Below, one piece after another: positions 11,284 to 22,954 of a stretch of 64,000 bases of DNA (its first letter is position 1; each line of letters begins with the position of its first letter). A model generated the notes under the pieces. That model was not told where the DNA came from. It did not search any database and saw nothing but the letters and a program-made list of their open reading frames with translations. The translations under genes were made by a program, and so were the position numbers. The stretch is from Euglena gracilis (Eukaryota), in assembly GCA_039621445.1 (NCBI GenBank), contig CP154954.1:46665847-46729846 (forward strand). The letters are read 5' to 3'.

Positions 11284-12706
11284 GCCAATTTCAATTGAGG
11301 CCCAATTTTGTTTTTCCTTCGGATTTTACAGGGTAAGCTCAATTTTTAGAAGCTCTGGGAGGTGGAACGGGGCCGAGTGCTGTGCGGCACCGGGGGGCCT
11401 TGATTTCTCGCTCCTCCGCTCATTCCTATCCTCCATTTTGTATGTGCACGTTTTTTTTTTGTATGCGGGAAAATACACACACACACACTTGATTTTTTTG
11501 TGTGCGTACACATGCGTGCATCATTATTTTGCTTGTTTTGCCCGCGACACTTTATCTTGCTTATTCTTGTTGTTTAGAATTGGCCTCTTTGTCACAGGAG
11601 TGAAGCGGGAAGCTCCAGCACTCCGGGAGCCCCGACTTCGTGATTATTGTAAATAGCCGCTGTGCATGTGTAAATACCAAAGTGCGGGCATTCCTTCAAA
11701 GTTAGGATGGAGGAAGGAAGGGGTAACGGAGGTTGGAAGGTTCCCTTTGTCAATTACCAACGTGACCACAATCAACGCCTTCACCGCCGGCTTCACCTCC
11801 AACGCCGACACCAACAGAACCGCCCCCATCAACCACGCCTTAACACTCCAACTTCTACGCTCGACGACTTCAATAGTACACAAAACATCATGCCGGGTTG
11901 GGGGGTGAGGAATGGAGAAGAAGGATGGCGCGCCGAGTACAGGCGCGTGTTGGAAATGAGGGGTTCCGGGGAACTCAACGAATTTGTGGAAATTGTTCTC
12001 GTGAGACGAACCATTTTGTTGCCAACAATTTTTGAGCAGGGTCGAAAGTACACAAAAGCCTGCACGACATGCGGATTTGAGGATGATTGCACGCCATGGG
12101 GGGATGCGCTGACAAGAAAAGAGGTTGGGACACAAACAAATGTGTTGGAGATGGGGCTTTTGGACAACACACATCCCCCTCGAAGGTATGGACCCCCCAT
12201 TTTTGGGAGCCGCGGTCGAGTGGGAGCCGGAGGCCACTCATCCCCCTCCCCCCCCCACGACGTGCGGCTTCGCAAGCCCCCCTGAACTCCAACGACGGTT
12301 GAATGGACAAGCCCCCGGACCACGACCACGACCACAACAGGAAGCCCCCATGAATGGAGGGTTTAACACCACGTGGTCCGAAGAATGAATATTTTTTAAA
12401 TCGACCTATATGCCTTTTCTCTCCCTCTCCTTTTATTTTCTCCCAACCCCAATGCATTTCTCTCTTCTTTTTCTACAGCCCACAAAAGCTACTTTTCCGC
12501 CAGAACGCAAGACCCAGGTGGGCGCGGCCCAGGCCCGACCCCCATACAGTATGATTTGCCTCCCTACCCCCCACACGCCCATGCGGCGGCCACACCAGCC
12601 CAAGGGACGTCCGCGTATGTGGTATATCAACCCCGTCCTGCCGCTTGCGCGGCCCAGGCACAAATGCCACCTCCCGCTCAAACGGTTCAGGCACAAATGC
12701 CATATC

Positions 12707-12914
12707 TGGACGTCTCAGAATATTCTTTTGTGTTCCTTGAAATCCTCGGATTCCCAATTTTCTTGATATCCCAATTGTCTCAAAGACGTAAACACAAGTC
12801 AATGTGACATGAAACCAGAGCCAGCAGTCTGCGGGGGGGGGAGGGAAGTTCGAATTAGGAATACAAAAGTCAGTTCCGCAGTTGGTAAGGTAAGCGGTCA
12901 GCAAATAGTTCGCA
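12707..12914 (-). repeat. 3' LTR of element B
   Basis: Direct repeat of 19049-19247, with about 11 substitutions plus small indels by manual alignment. Confidence 0.93.
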
Positions 12915-13339
12915 CACGCCCCCCATGCCAGAGGACGCGGCGCCACAATCACAGGACGAAACAACATCACACCACAAAACAAGGTGGCTTTACGGTTTTT
13001 CAAGCATTGATGAATGTGTTCCACACGAATTGTCCACAAAAGGTTCAGAACGACAAACGTCAACACAAAGAAAGGTAAAAGAGGTTACTTCCGACGTTCA
13101 CCGTGGTCCTTTCACTTCGTGGTTGGCTTTACTTTCAAAGGTAACACAAACCTGGGCGAAACTCCTTGCATCAATGGCATGTTTGTGACTGAAAGCCTTC
13201 AAAGGTTATATAACAATCCACCATGGCGAGGCGGGTTGGTGTCTCCTGACCCGAAAAAACATCCAAAAAGGCCCTGGGGGGATTGACTTTCTTCCCGCGT
13301 GACTGAAAGCACGATCAAAACGTTTGGGGAGAGGCCAGG

Positions 13340-14872
13340 CTGTCTCTTGAGGTGCCAATCCCCATTCACATTCTGAAACGTTACAAAGCATTCTGAGCGC
13401 CTGACGCATGCTCCCACCAAACCAAAAATTTCCATCCCCCTTGGTACTTGTGCTCAAAATCTTGTAAACATTGGAAAAACCCAATTGTGCTTGTTCTTCT
13501 TCTGAAATCTGAAGGGGGGTCCCATCCCTGGTATGGCATGGGGGTGACACCTGCACTGGGTCTCCCACAACCACATCACCGGTTAAAGTTCTGGGTCTTC
13601 TGCCAAAAGACTTTCTTCATTCAAAGCAACCTCCCACTTTTTGCACAAACCAAAAGAAACATAAATGACCCCTCCCAAAGATGGACTGTCTGCAATTTGC
13701 ACTGAATTGAACCTCGATTTGAGAACCAGAAAAGGTCCTTGCCAGGGGGGGAAAGCTTGGGCCATGATTTTTTTGGCCATGTGAACCAAAACATAGACAT
13801 CTTCTTGAATTTTTGCTGGTACCCTCCCTTTGTTGGAACTCTCAAAATTTTTTCCCCTCAATTCTTTCAATATCTGGGAAGCTCTTTCTTGAATTTCAAT
13901 GTGGGGCAAAGCCAGGAATGGGTGTCTGGGTTTGTCACCGGTTCTGGGGGTAATTCAAACCTCCAAGGTGGTCTTCCCAAAAACATTTCATGGGGTGACA
14001 ACATTGTTGTGGGGGAAACCTGTGAATTCATCAAAAAATGTGCAATACGGAATCAATTGAACCCAATTTTTGTCCTTGGAAGACAGACTGAAAGCTCTCA
14101 TATTCTGCAAAAACATTTTGCGGACATTTCCAACCAAACCGTTTGATCTGCGGTTCCGGGGTAGCGAAAACGATAATTTCACGTCTAGAGCTTTTAACGC
14201 TGTCTGGTAAAAACCACTGGGCTGTCTGAATTGCACGTCGTTGTCAGACCTCACAACGGATGGTTTTCCAAAAACAGCAATCCACCGGTCCAAAATAAGC
14301 CTCAAATCACCTTCTCCGGTTACCGTTTTCTGTGTGGGGATGAATTGGCAAAAATGGGACAAATTATAGACCAAAGTAAGCACATAGTCAATACCATTGT
14401 AGGGGTCCATTTGCATAAAATCCAAACACAAAACTTCACTGCTCACTGTTGAAATCGGTAAAGAACCCACCTTTCATCGGTCACTGGGGCGGTTTTGTTC
14501 TGAAAGGGTGCAAATTTCACAGGTCATCACAATGGCTTTGTAAATTTCCAACATGTCTTTCTTGGATACCTTCGACTGAAAATGGGTCAAAAAGAACAAC
14601 AAAGTCCTTTCAGCACCCACATGGTTGCTTGCCTTGTGACATTCATCCAAACAAACCTTCAGCAAATGAGAGGGAACAACCAACTTTCCTTCGTAATACA
14701 TTGCCTTGGCAGATCTGAACCAGAGCTCATTGTCAGTGAAACAGGGTTTTGAAACCTCCACATTTTCCCAAAATTCTTTCAGTTCTGAATTCAAGTAATC
14801 CTTTTCTGACACTTGCACTCTGTGGGACACACTGAAAATCTTTTGCAAAAACAGGTCAAGCTGCACATCCAT
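13340..14872 (-). pseudogene. Element B integrase (HHCC, core, GPF) and chromodomain
   Basis: ECHKASNHVG...TCEIC, LCLDFMQM, VRSDNDVQF, SNGLVGNV, PPWQGPFLV. The chromodomain NVYKIL/HKYQGGWKFLVWWEH reads across a frameshift near 13455. Confidence 0.85.
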
Positions 14873-14911
14873 TTTCTGAAAAGCGTTCCCTGCTTCTTCC
14901 TCAAAACGAAT

Positions 14912-16240
14912 TTAAAATTTGTTCTCAAAATCAGCACGAGCCAAAACATCACACAATTCATTTTTGCAACCTGCCACAAGAACGATATTCAGTTTGAACT
15001 GGTGCAAAAACACATACATCCTTCTCAGCCTTTTGTTGAGGGGGGGTTCACCCTTCAGAAAAGAGGTGGCTGCCTCATTGTCTGTCATCCACACAATTTG
15101 CAAATTTTGCAAAATACTTGTTTGTGAAGCAGTGGTCAGCACACCACTCAAAATTTGCTTTACCCAGGTTGTGTATTTTTTTATTGCCTCACTCCATTTC
15201 CAGTTGTAGTGGCCCAAGGGCACCAACCTCATTTCACTGGAGTAGTTGTTTTTCAGGGTCCCATCCACTTTTACACAACTTGTTCGAAAATTTTCAGCAA
15301 TTTGTGTTTGTTGGAGGGTTTGCCACTGAAACAAAGTAGAACCTCTCCCAAATCCGAACTTTCAGTCATCAAAACAATCTCTCCTGAACTCCTGGGGGTA
15401 CCTAATACATCAAGGGATGATAATTTCCTTTTCAAAGCGTTCAAATGACTCTCCTCCTTTTCAGTCCACCTCCATTTCACCTTCTTTTCAGAAGATCTGT
15501 CAGTGGGGCTGAGTCAAACGTAAAACCTTTCACGTGTTTGCGATAAAAATTCATGGCCCCCAAAATTCGCCTCAAATCCCTTTGGTTCTTAACTCGAAAA
15601 CTCAGAAGTGGTTCAACGTTTCTTTTGTTTTCCTGCCACATTCCCCATCACAACAAGGAACCCAAGTAGTCAATAGTCTGATTCGGAAAAGAACATTTGC
15701 TCAATTTGATTCTCACGTGGTTCTTTCTGTAAACTTCAAACCACTTTCACAAAAGATACAAATGGTCCTCCTCAGAATTCGCACCACCCCCTGTGTCATC
15801 GAAAAAAGAAACCAGGTGTCCATCTTTCAAAATTTCTCTCACCCTCAAATCCGTTTTGCATTTGGAGGATAGGATTTCGTCAGCTCCTGAAAAATTTCTG
15901 GGGCATTCATCAACCCAAACATCATCCTCTTTGGACGAAAACACCTCCCTGAAGGAATGCAAAATGCAGACAAATTTGCTGCTCTTTTTGTGATTGGGAT
16001 TTGCCAATACCCACTCCTGATGTCCAGGGTACTTTTGAACCGACACTTGGCCAAACTTTCAATCAGGATCTCCAGGTTTGGCAAAAAACCTGCATGCGCT
16101 TTGCTTCTGGAATTCAATTTTCCATAATGAATGACCATCGTTCTGGTACTTGACCCTTTTTTGTCCACCAAAAATGTGGGGCTGCACACCTGGTGGATTT
16201 CACCGACTGGGAATTGCTCAATCAACCCTGACTTTAGCAA
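14912..16240 (-). pseudogene. Element B reverse transcriptase and RNase H
   Basis: RT: SPTFLVDKKG, KSTLDIRSGYWQI, MMFGLMNAPEIFQ, VSFFDDTG. RNase H: IVWMTDNEAA, VAGCKNELCDVLAR. Confidence 0.9.
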
Positions 16241-16999
16241 TTATTCACCCTGAAGGTCAATTTCTTTTTCATCCTCCTGGGGCATGGGCCAACACGTTTG
16301 CCTTAGGGTTTCCCTTCCCATTCATGCTTCAGCTCAATTTCCAGCAAAACAGGCAGGGGGGAAGACTCAGAAATTGTGGGCAGTGGTCCAAAAACATCAG
16401 AAAATTTCACCAAAAGCTCATACAACCTGGGGTGGTTTCTTAATTTCTCAACTTCTTTCTCAAAATCTCCAACTCAGATTCTCAGTAAACAATTTGCTGC
16501 TTTTTTCATCAGCCTTTTCTGGGCCTCCAAAGTCCAAACCTTTTCATGTAAAACTTGGGAAATGCTTTTGAGTTCATCCATCTTGACTGTTGCCTTGGGA
16601 GTCATCACAGATTTTGCAAATTGAACATCTTCCACAGGCTTGGACAGCTGGAAAAACATCATCTCCACATCTCTTCTCGCCTCCTGAAAAAGACGCAGCT
16701 CACTTTCAATGTCCTTTGTCAATTCAGCCAAAAAATTGATGTTTTCATGCTCACTCATTGGTTCAAACACAACCACATTGTCCTACCATTCCTTCGTCTT
16801 TTCTTCTGATTCTTTGGAGGGGACTTTCTCCAAAGGAAAACTTGGACTTTCAAAAGCTTGCCGGGCTGCAGGTGGATTGGCAGACTGTTGTGCATGCTGC
16901 TGGGGGGGAACATCAGGAAGATCTGGGAAATCAACTTGAATTTCATCATCCACTCTGGGGTACTTTCTGATCTCACCTCTCAGTTCATGCAAACTCCAA

Positions 17000-17500
17000 T
17001 TTCTTGAATTTTTCCTGAGCCATCTGACAATTCGGGGTCCAAAAGCTCAAAATCCACTTTGAATTGCACTGTGTCCACCACACTCACAAAAGTGTTCCAC
17101 AGCGGGGAGGGCAGCACCTTTTTGCACCTGTCACCCACAAACAAGGGATCCCCACTTGAAATTTTCACCCTGGCCACCGGTACCCTTTCCAGCAGGGGGG
17201 ACCAGTACTGGTCCACCCAGTCTGGGCACACCAGGACCATTTTTGTTTCTTCAAGGCACAACTTGGTCACCACTTTGCTTAGTTGGCTGAAGGGAGGTTT
17301 GCCCACAGAAACTTGGAAGCACCAATGTAACACAAAATTTTTTCCCATGAATACCTGTAGGCCGAATTCCCTTTCGTCATGTACAAAGACTGTGTGTGGT
17401 TCAGGTGGTTTGCAAAAAGATCAATGCAAACCTAACCCTCAGAAATCTTCAATTCTTCCAAAGCTTTTGACTTCACTGGCTTGACCAAAGTGTAGCTTTC
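17000..17500 (-). pseudogene. Element B Dam-like (phage/DIRS-type) N6-adenine DNA methyltransferase domain
   Basis: Read through the TAG at 17432-17434 and a 1-nt frameshift near 17297: ESYTL...ELKISEG*VCIDLFANHLN...NSAYRYSW...FLWAN/PPFSQLSKVVTKLCLEETKMVLVCPDWVDQYWSPLL. Confidence 0.8.
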
Positions 17501-18617
17501 TGCCTTGAAATGTCTGAAAATTCTTTTGATGGTGTGGTCTCCATCATCGCTCTGAAGTAAAAACTCCTCACCTTCGATGATGATTCTTGGGGGTCTGGTC
17601 AACAACCCTCCAAAAAACTCAATCTCTGTGAAGTCGGTCCCCAAGACTGCCTCAAAGGCACAAGTATCCACCACAACAGCTTTCAGTTTTAAAATCTTGG
17701 GCCCAAACTGCAAACACATCTCACACGTTCCCTCGGAAAAAATGTACTCCCCGTTGCCGATCTGCAGGGGTACCGCAGCACTCCGGGTCCCTTGCCTGCC
17801 CCCTTCTGGGCTGCCGCCTTCTTTTTCTCAAACTTTTCTTTTGACCAACATCTGTCTTCATAATGCCCTTTTTTTGTGACAAAATCGACAGAAAATTGTG
17901 GCTCCAAATCGTAGGGCTGGGGTGTCATCAACTTTTCTTTCACCCTTGCCTTTGCCTTTTCCTTTGCCTTTTCCTTTTCCACCAGATTTTCCACAAAATC
18001 TGTCTGCCCTGATGTCTGCATACATTCTGGGGTGTAATTTTCTCAGCAAAACCAGAAACATTTCCTGTTCACTCATGCCCTGAGGGCTCAACCTGGCCAT
18101 CAAATTGCCCAACTCGATGAAAAGTTTTTTGATGTCTTGTGGTTCAGGGTTTCTGTGAAAGTGCTGGCAGTTTCTCAATGGCGGATCTCAAAGTCATGTC
18201 ATTTTCCAGTGTTGGGAACAATTTTGCAATTTCCAACAGCACTTTTTCAAAACCATCATTCTCTTCCATCACTTTTTCAACCAGTTTTTTCACCTTGGGG
18301 GTGCAACACTCCAACAGCCAATCCTTTTTCTGGACATTTCCAAATGCAACAGCACCAGTTAACCTCAACCATTTGCCAAAATATTTCAAAAACTCTGGCC
18401 AATTTGCACCATCAAACTCTGGCAATTTCACAGGGGGTAATCTTGAACTTTGGGTTGAACTTTGACTGGGGTTGCTGGAGTTTGGTTCCACAATTTGCTT
18501 CAGAAATCTTTCAACCTGGGTGATGGGGTTCACAGGGGTAAACACAGACTGACTGCTGCTGGATGATTTGATTTCCAATTCTTGCAACCTCCTTTCCAAA
18601 TCGTCAATGAAATACAT
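17500..18617 (-). pseudogene. Element B Gag (capsid-like, CCHC) and C-terminal half of the protease
   Basis: KLPEFDGANWPEFL; GKGKG tract; CRFCHKK/GHYEDRC at ~17848-17890; protease flap VPLQIGNGE and AVLGTDF. The catalytic DTG half appears deleted near 17790. Confidence 0.78.
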
Positions 18618-19048
18618 TTCTGCAGATCACTTTCAAAAAACTCAACTACTGGCTCTGAAAACTGGGAGAAACTGGCCAACCCAAAAAGACAAACAAAACT
18701 GAAGAAACCAGAACAGAAAACCAACCACTGGGTTCAGGACCACGTCAGCAAGATGATGAAGATCTTGCCTCCACCAGGATCTTGTTCTGGACAGCAAGGT
18801 GAACAGCAGCACCAGCTGCTTCAATAACCAAGTAACCAATACAACAACTGTTGAATTCTCCACTGAGAACTTGTTGACCACAGCTTGAATGACAACCTCC
18901 TGTTGAAGATGTTGTTCTGTACCAGCAACTCGGTTAACCTTGCCTTCAGGAAGACCAACTTCTGGAACTTCAACAACCAGTGAAACAATGATCAATCTCC
19001 TCGAAGACGTCTTGGACGATTGGAACAACAAACCTCTGCGACCAACTT

Positions 19049-19247
19049 TGGATGTCTCACAATATTCTTTTGTTTTCCTTGAAATCCTCGGATTCCCAAT
19101 TTTCTAGATATCCCAATTGTCCCAAAGACGTAAACACAAGTTAATGTGACATGAAACCACAGCCAGCAGTCTGGGGGGGGGGGGTTCGAACTAGGAATAC
19201 AAAAGTCAGTTCGGCAGTTGGTAAGGTAAGTCAGAAAATATTTCGCA
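19049..19247 (-). repeat. 5' LTR of element B
   Basis: Direct repeat of 12707-12914 with TG...CA ends. Confidence 0.93.
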
Positions 19248-22200
19248 ATATCCCCCTCAGTTACATATGCCATCCCCCTCTCAGGCACAAATGCCGCTCC
19301 CCTCTCAAGCACAACCGCCACCTTCTGTCCATCCGGCCCCTGTGCCAAGGGGAGCTTCATATGCGGCAAAGCCTCAGCAGGCATATCAAGTTTCAATGGA
19401 ACAACCACCACCTCAGCAGGTACACCAGGTTGCAATGGAACAGCAACAGTATGTGAGGCAGGGATAAGCACCTCCAATGGAGCAGGCGCATTACGCCATG
19501 CCTGGTCCCTCACCTCCCATGCTATACACGCCACAGTATGTTATCTCTCAGCAACCACGGACACAACCCCAACCACAACCTCTACCCCAACCTCAACCCG
19601 TACAGGGGTTGCGGCACCTTGTATTCGCCGGACCAACAGCAGCGAGAGAAATGGAAGTCAAAAGGGAAAGCATCCATACACATGAAACCAAAACGTCATA
19701 TGCAGAGATAATGCCCTTTCCCGGAGGTGTGTCCTTAGAATGAAATAAGTTGGAAAAGGTGAGGAGGGAGGTTCCAGACCTCCCTTGGACTCTCCCCCGA
19801 CCCCGAGGGAACATTCACAAGTACTCAGACTCAGTCACATTCAGCAAGTACTCAGACTCCCACGACACAGGAAGGGGGAGGAAGGGACCAAGAGGGCGAA
19901 GCACAAGAAGATGGTGAGGATGGCTGCCATTGCCTTGGAGTTTGGCCCAAGGCCCTGTAGATAGATGGCCGCCATGGCCATTTTGAGGAGGGTCTCCACA
20001 TTCCTGCCTTGAACCCTTTGAATTTGTCATATTTCCCTGCCATAGGGGTGGGGATTAGAAAAGGTATGGGTGGTCTGCCAGACCTGTCCTTCCATCTCCT
20101 GACAATGTTTCCTTGATGGAGGACTGTGATGGGTCCCCATGACCCAATGAGTCTTGCCCATGATGGCTTCTCCGTCGCTTTGCTCTGGCTAAAATTGTCC
20201 AGGGTCCATGGCCGTCACAAAAGTTTTGTTGAAAATGGGAAATTTCTGATGAGCTAGGGGGCGGAAGGGGTGCGACGGCCACAGACGGACCTGTTGGTCC
20301 TGCTCCATCATCATCAGGTTCCCCTGCGCCTGCAGCTCCTCGGTGTTTTCCAGCTTCAGCTGTCTGTTTTGAGCTTCCTTGTGCTCCCACTTCCTCTTGA
20401 CAGCTTGTTTTTTTTCAAAACAACTTTCATTGCAGTCCGTTGAGCACGTGCTTGATACTTCAGTTTCTTTTGTCTTTTTTATTTGCAGCACTCGTAGAGT
20501 TGAAAGTCTTTCGCCTTGAGGTCGAAGGGCAGAGTTAGGAATCAGCCAGCTCCGGCAACAAAAAGCAGTAAGAAGCACCCCCCGCACACGCACAAACACA
20601 CCAGAGCAGAACAGCCGGCAAGGAAAGCAGGACCTCACCATCTCGCAGTGCGGAGCCCGACTGGTCGTGCTTTCCCCACGCTGTCCCGCTTTTTGCCCAT
20701 TGGAAAAACGAAAATGGCTCAGAGTCCGAACCTCCGGTGCAAAAGAATTTCGATTCTTTGGAAACTCCTGTGATCTCCCAACTTGGGGGGTCAATTCAAA
20801 AATGCACTTCTCAAAACACCAGAAATGTTCGGGTGAACCCCGAAAATCGCGACATGCCAAATAAAGATCCCAAAACTGAAACCAATCAAACAAAATTTCT
20901 GGAGACCTCAATCATTGCCCTTAAACGCCGCGGTGTAGCTTAAAAAAGCTACACGCAAGAGGATCTGAGAAAAAAAATGCAATTGAACTTTTTTGTTTCC
21001 TCAGATGAGGGTTCCTTGGATGAGGGATGTCGTGGGTGAGGAACAAAAGTCTAACAGAGAAAATTTTCTTTGACGATTGGGGTGAAGGCATTCTTGAAGG
21101 ATGTGGACTGATGTACAACGGATTTTGGGGTCGAAATTGATGCCCCCACGCAAAAACGCCAACCAACCTCCCCAATCAATAATTGCCCTCGGGAGGGGGA
21201 ATATTGTTCTCTAAGTCTGGAATATTTTTGAGGAGGTTTTCGAGCATCAGACAACATATGTCCCACATCCCTCCCCCAAATGATCCCATGGCAACAAGGC
21301 CTGGTCACTCCGATCAAAACAGCAAGAATAAATAAAAATCAAAAAAAAAACGAAGCCGAAAAGGTAAACAAGAAGGTTGGTTTGGCTATTTTGTGGTCAA
21401 AGATTGTCCGGTCATCGCGTGCGGTTGCCACCTTGGTTGTGTTGTTGGTCAGCTATGAGACAGTGCAGCCTGCCATGGCGCTGCCAGGCACAGTATGGTG
21501 TTGCACATGCGACCCTGCTCCGGCAAAGGTTGCACGGTGGCAGGGACAACGTGATAAGCTCACTCCAACAAACCACTAAACTCACAGTCCATAATGAAAT
21601 GGGCATATGAAAAGTGAAATTGGTCCACACTCCATTGTGAAATTGGCGAAACAGCACTTGTGTTTGGCAGCGCTAATTGCCCACTGCCATTTTTTTTTGC
21701 ATTTTTTCGATGGTTGGGGTCCGAGGGGTTTTGTGCATAATTCTCCGAGAATTCCCTGGAGAAAATTTGAGGGGTTCAAATATGCCCCAAATTTTGGGTA
21801 ATTTTGGATTGGGCATATTAAGTTTTAAGCGGTTGGGAATTGCCCCTTGAAACCAAAAATTTTGAGGGAAGACTGCAGTTAGGCGGTTCCCCCTTGCGAA
21901 ACAAATGCATCTGCAGAGAAGGGAAACTGTCCTCGGAATACAAGCAAAAAGCGTTCGGGCGGCTATCCGCCCGAAAGACGGATGGATCCGGACACACTTG
22001 TGTTGTGCGCGCTTGCCCCGGGTTGCTCTGGTTTATTTGGGCAGATTGTGGTGGGGAATGGAATAACGTTGGCGTTTGCGGGCGAGTCGGAGTTGGGAAG
22101 ACGCTGAAATTGCAAACAGTTCATTGGTGCCTATGGTGCCACAAGTGAACAACTTTGGCAAAAGGGGAAAGGTAGCTGAGCTGATGGTTATAGGGAGGCA

Positions 22201-22545
22201 GACAGTGTCGGGGACAGGCTTCTTTCTGTCAATCCTGGGGGGGGGCGTTGTGCTGTGGGGTGCCTCAGCCCTGCCCATAGCAGGCACAGCCCTCCCAGGA
22301 AGCAAAGCAAAAACCATGTGAACGACGGAGAGAGAAGATGCTTCGCGATTTTGAGCAGTGGACACCATGCGGGGGGGGGTGGGTGCTATTGGGTGCCTGC
22401 CCCTTGAGCAGGCACACCCCCCCCGGGAGGATAGGGGTCCGGGGGGGGGGGGACGCAGAAAATTTTCATTGAAAATGGCCTTTTCCGGGCCCCCGGCGCG
22501 GCACAGGCAGGGTTATGGTAGGAGGATGTTCCGTAGGAGGATGCT

Positions 22546-22817
22546 CTAGAGCATCCTGTAGGGTCCGCTCGAGGTCGCTCGAGGATGCTCTAGAGCATCC
22601 TCGAGTGTCGCTCGAGGTCGCTCCAGGATGCTCTTGAGCATCCTCGAGTGTCGCTCGAGGTCGCTCGAGGATGCTCTAGAGCATCCTCGAGTGTCGCTCG
22701 AGGTCGCTCCAGGATGCTCTTGAGCATCCTCGAGTGTCGCTCGAGGTCGCTCGAGGATGCTCGAAAACATCCTCGAGTGTCGCTCGAGGTCGCTCGAGGA
22801 TGCTCTAGAGCATCCTC
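22546..22817. repeat. 43-bp CTCGAG-rich palindromic minisatellite (second block at ~23800-24150)
   Basis: Unit GCTCGAGGTCGCTCGAGGATGCTCTAGAGCATCCTCGAGTGTC. Confidence 0.9.
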
Positions 22818-22954
22818 CTGCGTACATGCATGCATGTATCATGAGACTCAGAACAGATTTCGAACGGGGCACTTTGTTGGATTGGCACTGGCACTGGGGG
22901 ACCATGAATTGAACATCCCTCGCAGGCACCACACAGCAGGCACCCTCGAGCTGT

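Larger units (their letters stand above)
12707..19247 (-). mobile_element. Full-length degenerate Ty3/gypsy LTR retrotransposon B carrying a Dam-like N6-adenine methyltransferase domain
   Basis: Two TG...CA LTRs; 5-bp TSD ATATC (12702-12706, 19248-19252); PBS-like AAGTTGGTCGCAGAG after the 5' LTR; G-rich tract before the 3' LTR; Gag-PR-MTase-RT-RH-INT-chromodomain remnants. Confidence 0.95.
12556..19743 (+). pseudogene. P/Q-rich ORF (possibly Gag N-terminus of another element) interrupted by element B; pieces 12556-12706 and 19253-19743
   Basis: Removing 12707-19252 rejoins ...QAQMPY-PPQLHMPSPSQAQMP... in frame. There is one internal TAA at 19465-19467. Confidence 0.6.

Noticed and set aside
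19850-22350. Medium ORFs such as 20189-20911 (-)
   Set aside because: No recognisable domain or consistent exon structure could be established.
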